Of a stretch of DNA of 5,545 nt, positions 1 to 4,780 are shown piece after piece (the first letter of the stretch is position 1; each line of letters opens with the position of its first letter). The stretch is from a virus: positions 1 through 5,545 of the IMG/VR virus record IMGVR_UViG_3300045988_112371; one strand, written 5' to 3'. Under the pieces are notes generated by a model that was given only the letters and a program-made list of their open reading frames with translations, ran no database searches and was not told where the DNA came from. The position numbers were made by a program, and so were the translations under genes.

Positions 1-55
1 CATGACGAGCAGCGGAATTACTAAGAGCACCACCAATAATAGATGCGACGCCACC
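1..55. repeat. Terminal direct repeat, copy 1 (identical to 5491..5545); overlap of a circularly permuted or circular assembly
   Basis: Bases 1..55 (catgacgagcagcggaattactaagagcaccaccaataatagatgcgacgccacc) recur exactly at 5491..5545. The repeat lies inside one continuous minus-strand reading frame (VP2). An overlap of exactly 55 nt looks like a k-mer overlap from an assembler (inference). Confidence 0.95.
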
Positions 56-91
56 AGCAAGAGCTCCAGCAGCCGATCCAAGAAATGACAT
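1..91 (-). CDS. VP2: VP2 (minor capsid / DNA pilot protein), N-terminal segment; continues across the circular junction into 5490..4781
   Basis: ATG at 91..89 follows GGGGTGA (about 98..104) and lies 18 nt after the VP1 stop. It translates as MSFLGSAAGALAGGVASIIGGALSNSAARH..., and the frame is continuous with 5545 downward (position 1 = 5491; 5491 and 5431 are in phase). The Gly/Ala-rich hydrophobic N-terminus is typical of gokushovirus VP2. Confidence 0.75.
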   Translation of the reverse strand, partial: MSFLGSAAGALAGGVASIIGGALSNSAARH

Positions 92-109
92 TATAAATCA
101 CCCCTTTTT

Positions 110-1819
110 TTAGAAATGGCCCATCATTCCAGGAATACCATACATAGGCATAGGACGGATACATTTAAGATTAAATTTAACATCTAAGAGGAAATGAGGA
201 TAGGAAGGAACAGCGACAACACGGCTAATAGGCGGATGGTCTTGAATAAACTCATCCGACAATGTAGGCAGCGTAACAAATTTTTGAGAAAGATGCCAAA
301 TATCTAAAGGCTCCTTATAAGTCGAGCGAAATTGACCGGTAATCAAAGACGGCTTGTAGCGGTATTCAGCATAGCGCTCTTGGTAGCCAAATACTTTTTT
401 ATCATCTTCATTTCCTTGGCAATAAATTTCAATATTTTCTATAGCTTGTTCGCCAAGATGAGCAAAGGACGGCCAGTAAAAGTCCAGTACGTCGGAACGC
501 AGCCACATTTTATTTACTCCTTGCTGATAAGTCAAATCAGCACGAACGTTAATTAAGCCGATAACATAACCAAATTCAGAAAAAGATTTTGTAAAGGCAT
601 GATAACGCTGGGCATTAAGTCCATAAGCAGCTAAATTACCTTGAGGAGTAGTAGAATCAGTGGAACTTGTCTGTGTAACCGGATTGATGTTCATCATACT
701 ACTATGACTACCAAGAAACTCCGGACGTTGCAGCCGAGCATCAGGATTAGTCACACCGAAATGAGCTTGTAATTTTTCTGTGTAACGAGTACCGCCGCGG
801 GCGTCAATCTCATAATAACGCTGGAGCATAAACGCTTGACGAAGAGAATTAATAGTTATTGAAGTTGCTGAAGAAAGGTCGACAGTAGAACCAGCAGTTA
901 AAACGCCTTGGGTAGCAGAAACAGTAGCAGAACCACGGAATCCGCCGACATAAGCACGGTCATAAGCGTTACGATCAAGAGTCATAGAATTAACAGCAGT
1001 AACATTATCAGCAACAGTAGAGCTAGAAGCATCACCATAATAAAGGGACGTAGAACCCAAATTATTACCGGTAGAAGATAAGAAATACAAATCTTTAGTA
1101 GCAGGATTGGGAACAATAGAAGCAGTTTGACCTAAAGGCAAATCAACAGCCGGGCCTTTTTGTGGCCAAGGCAGCGCACCGGTGAAGTAATCATATCTTT
1201 TTCCACGTGGGGCCGGGTCATACCAATTTGTTACACCGGACGGCATACCATAATTAGGATTAGCGGTAGATTGTCCCATAGGTTCAAGCACTGTGTTAGT
1301 TTCGCCTTTGCTAACTTTAACAGATTTTTGTAAGTTCTCGTCACGGAACCACTCGTTCCATATAGTCCAGTAGCAGCGAAACGGCAAGCAATTAACAGAA
1401 ACATTATTAAATGTACCAGAAGCGCAAGCAATACCCATATAATCGGGAAGTTTATTTGTCATATCACCGGTAAGAGATACCGTAGGTACAAGATAATCAG
1501 TAGAATCTTCGGGGTTCTCCTGTTCTCCGCAAAGATTAACCCATTTATCATATACGAGCCTACTTGGAACAAAGAAGAAGAAGGACTCAATATAGATATT
1601 ATCCATGAATGGAACTACAGGAGTAGCCAAACGGCAAAATTCAACCGGATTTAAGGTAAACGTATCGCCTGGAATAACTTCATCCACAAAGTAGGGAATC
1701 AGCTGGCCTTCGTTAAAAGTAGTTTTATAAACATGACTTCTATCAAAGACGGAACGGCGAATATTAGCTTGAGGAATCATCGCAAAATGCGATTGATTAA
1801 CACGAATATTACGAGCCAT
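110..1819 (-). CDS. VP1: Major capsid protein VP1 (Microviridae F-type jelly-roll capsid), 569 aa
   Basis: This is the longest ORF. ATG at 1819 has AAGGAG (1828..1833) 8 nt upstream. Hallmark Microviridae capsid blocks are present: N-terminal RSVFDRSH...TFNEGQLIPYFVDEVIPGDTF, DYFTGALPWPQKG, LQRYYEIDARGGTRYTEKLQAHFGV and FGYQERYAEYRYKPS. A Ser/Thr-rich insertion at aa ~231-322 corresponds to the gokushovirus threefold protrusion loop. Confidence 0.95.
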   Translation of the reverse strand: MARNIRVNQSHFAMIPQANIRRSVFDRSHVYKTTFNEGQLIPYFVDEVIPGDTFTLNPVEFCRLATPVVPFMDNIYIESFFFFVPSRLVYDKWVNLCGEQENPEDSTDYLVPTVSLTGDMTNKLPDYMGIACASGTFNNVSVNCLPFRCYWTIWNEWFRDENLQKSVKVSKGETNTVLEPMGQSTANPNYGMPSGVTNWYDPAPRGKRYDYFTGALPWPQKGPAVDLPLGQTASIVPNPATKDLYFLSSTGNNLGSTSLYYGDASSSTVADNVTAVNSMTLDRNAYDRAYVGGFRGSATVSATQGVLTAGSTVDLSSATSITINSLRQAFMLQRYYEIDARGGTRYTEKLQAHFGVTNPDARLQRPEFLGSHSSMMNINPVTQTSSTDSTTPQGNLAAYGLNAQRYHAFTKSFSEFGYVIGLINVRADLTYQQGVNKMWLRSDVLDFYWPSFAHLGEQAIENIEIYCQGNEDDKKVFGYQERYAEYRYKPSLITGQFRSTYKEPLDIWHLSQKFVTLPTLSDEFIQDHPPISRVVAVPSYPHFLLDVKFNLKCIRPMPMYGIPGMMGHF

Positions 1820-1940
1820 AGTATAAACTCCTTAATTTTAATAAAAAGCCGAAAAGCACGAGAACGGCATTTTCGTTATCAAATACGAAGGTAATTAAAA
1901 ATAAATAAAAGGCTTATTTTTGAAGATTTTTCGTATTTTG

Positions 1941-1988
1941 TGTCACCTTGACCAGTTACTATCAAGTAGGTAACTGGTCAAGGTGACA
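1941..1988 (-). repeat. Perfect 19-bp inverted repeat with a 10-nt loop (stem-loop) in the VP3-VP1 intergenic region; candidate plus-strand replication origin
   Basis: 1941..1959 (tgtcaccttgaccagttac) is the exact reverse complement of 1970..1988. The loop at 1960..1969 reads CTACTTGATA on the minus (viral) strand. No U-run follows on the coding strand, so it is not a canonical intrinsic terminator. Confidence 0.6.
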
Positions 1989-2026
1989 AGGTTATTATTC
2001 TACATAAGTGAATATTAGCATGTAGT

Positions 2027-2470
2027 TTATTTTTGCTCTGAATTAGACTCTCCTGCTGCCGAAGTGGTAGATTCTTCCGAACTGTCTTCACTAGCTTTAG
2101 GTTTAAGGCCTAACTCCTCTAGTCTGGAAGTAACCTTAGGATCAGTAGAAGTTAGAGCATCAAGCAGCTGCCTTGGATCATTACCAAATTCAGCACGAAC
2201 GCTGGAAGGCAAATCTGCAAATTCTGCATTAACATTTGCAACAAGGTTGCAAGCAGTTTCATAATCCGGAAGTAGCGTTGTATCTCCATACTGTAAAGTA
2301 GCCGGGTCATGCGCTCCGACAGAATCAACAATGCCGGTAGTATTAAAATTAGCGATAATATGATGAATATCGCATTCTTCGGCGAATGTTTGGTCAGCAA
2401 GCGAAGGCTGTGTAATTTCTACGTGCGGTTTTGGCGGTTGCTCATCGTATAACGTAAAAAACTTAGCCAT
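2027..2470 (-). CDS. VP3: Internal scaffolding protein VP3, 147 aa
   Basis: ATG at 2470 has AAAGGAG (2481..2487) 10 nt upstream. It matches recalled gokushovirus VP3 motifs: QTFAEECDIHHII..F..TG, LQYGD....PDYETA.N.V, F..LPSSVRAEFGNDPRQLLD and an acidic/Ser-rich C-terminus. Confidence 0.9.
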   Translation of the reverse strand: MAKFFTLYDEQPPKPHVEITQPSLADQTFAEECDIHHIIANFNTTGIVDSVGAHDPATLQYGDTTLLPDYETACNLVANVNAEFADLPSSVRAEFGNDPRQLLDALTSTDPKVTSRLEELGLKPKASEDSSEESTTSAAGESNSEQK

Positions 2471-2540
2471 GCGTAAAAATCTCCTTTCTTAACCTAACAA
2501 GGCGCGCAGGTTAGTTTTGCGTAAGGCTCAATTCTCGTCC

Positions 2541-2570
2541 GCGATTGTTACGAAGCAATGAGCGATTGTT
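2541..2570. repeat. Two copies of a 9-bp direct repeat, gcgattgtt (2541..2549 and 2562..2570), spaced 21 bp apart
   Basis: Exact repeat seen in the long VP5-VP3 intergenic region. The spacing equals two helical turns. Chance occurrence within ~180 nt cannot be ruled out. Confidence 0.4.
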
Positions 2571-2596
2571 CCAGCTGGCGAACAGCAAATCCAATC

Positions 2597-2615
2597 ATTC
2601 CGGCATAGCCGGAAT
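2597..2615. repeat. GC-rich palindromic hairpin (8-bp stem, 3-nt loop): attccggc-ata-gccggaat
   Basis: Exact inverted repeat 2597..2604 / 2608..2615, immediately downstream (on the coding strand) of the T-run of the putative terminator. Confidence 0.6.
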
Positions 2616-2617
2616 AT

Positions 2618-2654
2618 AAAAACAAAAAAGACGCCTAACATTACGCTAGACGCC
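2618..2654 (-). terminator. Putative rho-independent terminator after the VP5-like gene
   Basis: On the minus strand, GGCGUCUA (2654..2647) pairs with UAGGCGUC (2637..2630). The stem is 8 bp with two G.U wobbles and the loop is 9 nt. TTTTTTGTTTTT (2629..2618) follows directly. The structure starts right after the TAA stop at 2655..2657. Confidence 0.5.
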
Positions 2655-3014
2655 TTAATTGCGTTGTGATATTACAACTTGCCTTGTCAGTATTATATCA
2701 CAACATTTGAAAGCGGGCAAGCGTACCTTATAACTACATTTTAGCAGTCTGGGGGGGGGAGTCAATAGCTCCGTGGCAGTAGACAAAAGCAAAGTGGGAT
2801 TTTGTGGGGAAAATTCACAAGTCTTATCGTCGAACACGCCAAGATACATCAGAACGAAGTCCTCGTGGTAATCATGGATAATATTGGAACGCTCCGGCGT
2901 CGAAGGCTGATTAACCATAATTTGGAATTGACGAATAGCCATAGCATTATTTTGTTGGGTAAAGGGCGGGTTCATTAACTCGCCCTTGCGGTCATAAATA
3001 CAATAAAGCTTCAT
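2655..3014 (-). CDS. VP5-like small non-structural protein (119 aa as written; the 3' end is doubtful, see the C9 tract)
   Basis: ATG at 3014 overlaps the upstream stop as ATGA, with GAGGTG (3020..3025) 5 nt upstream. The N-terminal 85 aa (MKLYCIYDRKGELMNPPF...AMAIRQF..MVN.......II....EDFVLMYLGVFDDKT.EF) fit the pattern I recall for gokushovirus VP5/ORF5 proteins, and the position between VP4 and VP3 also fits. The last ~31 codons are Cys/Lys-rich, look non-coding, and overlap an inverted repeat and a promoter-like motif. Confidence 0.7.
   Translation of the reverse strand: MKLYCIYDRKGELMNPPFTQQNNAMAIRQFQIMVNQPSTPERSNIIHDYHEDFVLMYLGVFDDKTCEFSPQNPTLLLSTATELLTPPPRLLKCSYKVRLPAFKCCDIILTRQVVISQRN
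2663..2704. repeat. 10-bp perfect inverted repeat (gttgtgatat ... atatcacaac) with a 22-nt spacer
   Basis: 2663..2672 is the exact reverse complement of 2695..2704. One arm overlaps the -10 element of the candidate promoter at 2692..2720. Confidence 0.7.
2692..2720 (-). promoter_or_regulatory. Candidate sigma70-type promoter with extended -10 (TTGCCC - 17 nt - TGaTATAAT)
   Basis: On the minus strand, TATAAT lies at 2697..2692 and is preceded by TGA (extended -10 TGn). After a 17-nt spacer the -35 is TTGCCC (2720..2715), matching TTGACA at 4 of 6 positions. It lies within the doubtful tail of the VP5-like ORF, upstream of VP3. Confidence 0.35.
2751..2759 (-). repeat. Homopolymer: G9 on the plus strand = C9 on the coding strand, inside the VP5-like CDS (codons PPP)
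   Basis: Counted directly: ggggggggg at 2751..2759. Confidence 0.95.
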
Positions 3015-3313
3015 TTTTTCACCTCAAAATTTTTTTTCTTGAGCAAAGCAAGGAATTCCTGTTTTGCCAAATGCGGAACAACAAAATACAATCCGTCGAA
3101 CAAAACAACCTTATTGTCAGAAACAAGGTCTACACGATTCTGAGCCTTGACGAAACATCCAACAACATGATTTTTACACCATTGACGAGCAGCGGAATAA
3201 GATGTAAACATTGGATAATCATCAAGATAAGAAAAAGCATCATCGTATAAATCACGAACAGACTGTTTTTCAAAACCTAAAGAAATAATTTGATCAGCAT
3301 AATCTTTTAACAT
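3011..3313 (-). CDS. Hypothetical protein, 100 aa (orphan accessory gene between VP4 and VP5-like)
   Basis: The ORF track begins at a TTG at 3370, but that would place a consensus promoter inside the gene. ATG at 3313 has GTGAGGT (about 3321..3327) 8 nt upstream and lies downstream of the predicted transcription start. The product begins MLKDYADQIISLGFEKQSVRDLYDD.... I recognise no family motif. The stop overlaps the next start (ATGA at 3011..3014), implying translational coupling. Confidence 0.7.
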   Translation of the reverse strand: MLKDYADQIISLGFEKQSVRDLYDDAFSYLDDYPMFTSYSAARQWCKNHVVGCFVKAQNRVDLVSDNKVVLFDGLYFVVPHLAKQEFLALLKKKNFEVKK

Positions 3314-3338
3314 ATTGCTTACCTCACTTTCTGTATAT

Positions 3339-3367
3339 ATTATACCATGAGGAAATGCAACTGTCAA
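3339..3367 (-). promoter_or_regulatory. Full-consensus sigma70 promoter: TTGACA - 17 nt - TGgTATAAT (extended -10)
   Basis: The minus strand reads TTGACA (3367..3362), the spacer gttgcatttcctcatgg (17 nt), then TATAAT (3344..3339). The spacer ends in TGG, giving TGnTATAAT. The predicted start is near A at ~3332, about 19 nt before ATG 3313. Confidence 0.8.
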
Positions 3368-3370
3368 CAA

Positions 3371-3400
3371 CTTTTTGCAACTTTTTACAACTTTTACAAA
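3371..3400 (-). repeat. Three tandem 10-bp A-tract repeats (TTTGTAAAAG / TTGTAAAAAG / TTGCAAAAAG) abutting the -35 element
   Basis: The minus strand at 3400..3371 reads TTTGTAAAAGTTGTAAAAAGTTGCAAAAAG and is followed by TTGTTGACA. The exact 10-bp phasing of A4-A5 tracts is typical of intrinsically bent DNA or UP-element-like upstream activating sequence. The VP4 stop codon (3394..3396) lies inside the first unit. Confidence 0.8.
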
Positions 3401-4338
3401 CCTAAATTATCAAAATCACGCTCAAATTGTTCCTGCCGATGCTTCATAATCTTCTCCTTGGCTTCCAGCCTTTTGATATCAATGATAGCAGCTTTAGCAT
3501 TATCAGCCTTATTTTGCTTGTATATACTATACCAAACGGGATTACTGCGTTCAAAAAGTGTTTGATAGTAACGAGGTATTTTATACTTAGCTCCATTAAT
3601 TGTAACAAAGCCTAATTTAAAAATATCCTCAGAATAAAGGCCGAAATAGTCAGCTCCGATACCTGGCTTTAGAGAGCTGCCGACAAACTCAGGACTAATA
3701 CCGAGAGCATCATACATAACAGCATTTTTGCCAGTCTGCTTTTTGAGACTATATTTGGCAACATAACGAGCTGACTCAAATGTTATAGCTCCGACAGTAT
3801 TATAACCATATGGCCAAAGTTTCTCCAGCGTGGGAGAGCGAAAGAGGTTATAGCCAGCTGTCAACGCCGAGATTTTGCGGACATCAGCAGGAAACCAACC
3901 AAAGCACAAAATATGATAATGTGGACGGCGATTAAGATCGCCATACTCACCGCAACATAAAAAGCGGATTTTAGAATTATCATGATAGTCTAAATAACGG
4001 CGAAGCCGTTTAAAAAATAACTGCAAGTGCTCACGATGAAGCGAATGGTCCGCTGGTAAACAATCATCATCATAAGTAAGCGTTATAAAACAGTTATGCA
4101 AATGCAGTTTAGCCTCATGCACGCAGCGTATAGCCCAATCATTAGCCTTGTCCAGACGACAGCCTAAACACTGACCGCAGGGAACAACAACAGCATAATT
4201 ATTAGCTAGCTCACTTTTAGCGATTTCTAAAGATTTACCAGCAAGATCACGATAAGATACAAAATTAGACAACTCATACTTGCCATTAGAATTAGGCACA
4301 GCAGAGCGTTTTGCAAACATAGGATTTAGGCAAGTCAT
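3394..4338 (-). CDS. VP4: Replication initiation protein VP4 (HUH rolling-circle endonuclease), 314 aa from ATG 4338 (an alternative GTG at 4347 would add 3 aa)
   Basis: RCR motifs are present: CFITLTY (motif 1), PHYHILCFG with H-Y-H encoded at 3913..3921 (HUH, motif 2) and ARYVAKYSLKK with Tyr codons at 3763..3765 and 3751..3753 (motif 3, catalytic Tyr pair). The PCGQCLGCRLDKANDWAIR block typical of microvirus VP4 is also present. The N-terminus MTCLNP resembles the usual VP4 start. There is no strong SD, and the start lies 15 nt after the stop of the upstream small gene, so coupling is possible. Confidence 0.93.
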   Translation of the reverse strand: MTCLNPMFAKRSAVPNSNGKYELSNFVSYRDLAGKSLEIAKSELANNYAVVVPCGQCLGCRLDKANDWAIRCVHEAKLHLHNCFITLTYDDDCLPADHSLHREHLQLFFKRLRRYLDYHDNSKIRFLCCGEYGDLNRRPHYHILCFGWFPADVRKISALTAGYNLFRSPTLEKLWPYGYNTVGAITFESARYVAKYSLKKQTGKNAVMYDALGISPEFVGSSLKPGIGADYFGLYSEDIFKLGFVTINGAKYKIPRYYQTLFERSNPVWYSIYKQNKADNAKAAIIDIKRLEAKEKIMKHRQEQFERDFDNLGL

Positions 4339-4353
4339 AATACACACATCTTT

Positions 4354-4467
4354 CTACATGCGGATACCGCCACGCATGTTTCTTGATTTAAGATTTTTGA
4401 GCCGTGGAACGGAGTGATTGCGAAAGTTACGGCGAGAAGCTCCACGGGAAATTCTACTTCTTTTCAT
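4354..4467 (-). CDS. VP8: Small arginine-rich DNA-binding/packaging protein (37 aa; VP8/ORF8-like, functional analogue of phiX174 J); absent from the supplied ORF track
   Basis: Hand translation from ATG 4467 gives MKRSRISRGASRRNFRNHSVPRLKNLKSRNMRGGIRM, ending at TAG (4354..4356). It has 10 Arg and 3 Lys, with no acidic residues. AAGGAG (4476..4481) lies 8 nt upstream. The C-terminal MRGGIR motif matches what I recall for gokushovirus ORF8 proteins. Confidence 0.8.
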   Translation of the reverse strand: MKRSRISRGASRRNFRNHSVPRLKNLKSRNMRGGIRM

Positions 4468-4505
4468 TTTTTTTGCTCCTTAAATAAAGACCAAAACAAA
4501 GGATA

Positions 4506-4775
4506 TTAAGAATTTTTTCCCAGAAAGCGGGAGTAGCTTTTCTCTTCCGCCTGCGCTGCAGCTGCATGGCGAAAGCCATTTACGTCATCTGTGCCTCTTT
4601 TCTGCATATTAACAAGATCGTCCTGCATAGCCAAAGAGAGAGCTTTAAGGCTTGCGCTGCCTTCACGATCATATTTACCGGTACGAAACATGTCGATAAA
4701 ATCAACAACCTCTTGGATGAACGGAATTACAGTAGATACAAGAAAAGTCAAAATAGCAGTAGTTTTGTTAGACAT
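4506..4775 (-). CDS. Hypothetical membrane-anchored protein, 89 aa (one N-terminal transmembrane segment)
   Basis: The track ORF starts at TTG 4784, but ATG at 4775 has GGAGG (4785..4789) 9 nt upstream, and that GGAGG overlaps the VP2 stop (GGAGGTTGA). The product is MSNKTTAILTFLVSTVIPFIQEVV..., a hydrophobic stretch of ~18 residues followed by a charged soluble tail. I recognise no family. Confidence 0.7.
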   Translation of the reverse strand: MSNKTTAILTFLVSTVIPFIQEVVDFIDMFRTGKYDREGSASLKALSLAMQDDLVNMQKRGTDDVNGFRHAAAAQAEEKSYSRFLGKNS

Positions 4776-4780
4776 ATAAA

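Noticed and set aside
26-45. 12-nt identity (gcaccaccaata) between the VP2 N-terminal region (26..37) and C-terminal region (4830..4841)
   Set aside because: It is explained by similar Gly-rich peptide motifs (IIGGA / SIGGA) at both ends of VP2 and is too short to indicate a mobile or recombination element.
90-95. TATAAT hexamer on the minus strand in the VP1-VP2 junction
   Set aside because: It overlaps the VP2 start codon (TATAATG) and the sequence 17 nt upstream (CATTTC) is not -35-like. It cannot serve VP2 and is probably coincidental.
332-556. Plus-strand ORFs from the track (332..556, 2064..2264, 3347..3565, 3427..3615, 4566..4796, 4591..4779)
   Set aside because: All are antisense shadows lying entirely inside well-supported minus-strand genes. 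Their products are low-complexity, they lack SD motifs, and microviruses transcribe a single strand.
1231-1431. Minus-strand alternative-frame ORFs inside VP1 (1231..1431) and VP3 (2152..2400)
   Set aside because: They are embedded in conserved core genes, with no recognisable ribosome-binding site and no protein-like features. They are most likely chance open frames.
1843-1875. Weak hairpin plus T-run on the coding strand (GCCG-13 nt-CGGC-TTTTTATT) directly upstream of the VP1 SD
   Set aside because: Only a 4-bp GC stem (or 9 bp with a mismatch that uses up the T-run) and a large loop. That is too weak to call a terminator, although it might attenuate or stabilise mRNA.
1989-2026. Possible XerC/D dif-like integration site (ctacataa-gtgaat-attagcatgtag; 6-bp inverted repeat ctacat/atgtag) just after the VP3 stop
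   Set aside because: Some gokushoviruses integrate at dif. However, the match to the E. coli dif arms (GGTGCGCATAA / TTATGTTAAAT) is poor, about half the positions in the inner arms. The host is unknown, so no appropriate dif consensus can be applied.
2528-2641. 37-aa minus-strand ORF (MLGVFFVFIFRLCRNDW...) in the VP5-VP3 spacer
   Set aside because: Its ATG sits in the loop of the putative terminator with no SD. The sequence runs through the T-run and hairpins, so the hydrophobic start is simply the translated U-tract.
2675-2681. CAACTTG, an exact phiX174 origin heptamer, preceded by GATATTA
   Set aside because: It lies on the window plus strand, which is the complementary (non-viral) strand, where the initiator is not expected to nick. 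A single 7-mer match is expected by chance about once in a window this size. It is retained only as a side note in the intergenic-module finding.
3314-3370. N-terminal extension of the orphan ORF from TTG at 3370 (119-aa version in the track)
   Set aside because: The extension would contain the complete consensus promoter (3339..3367) and the predicted transcription start. The ATG at 3313 has a proper SD and lies downstream of that start.
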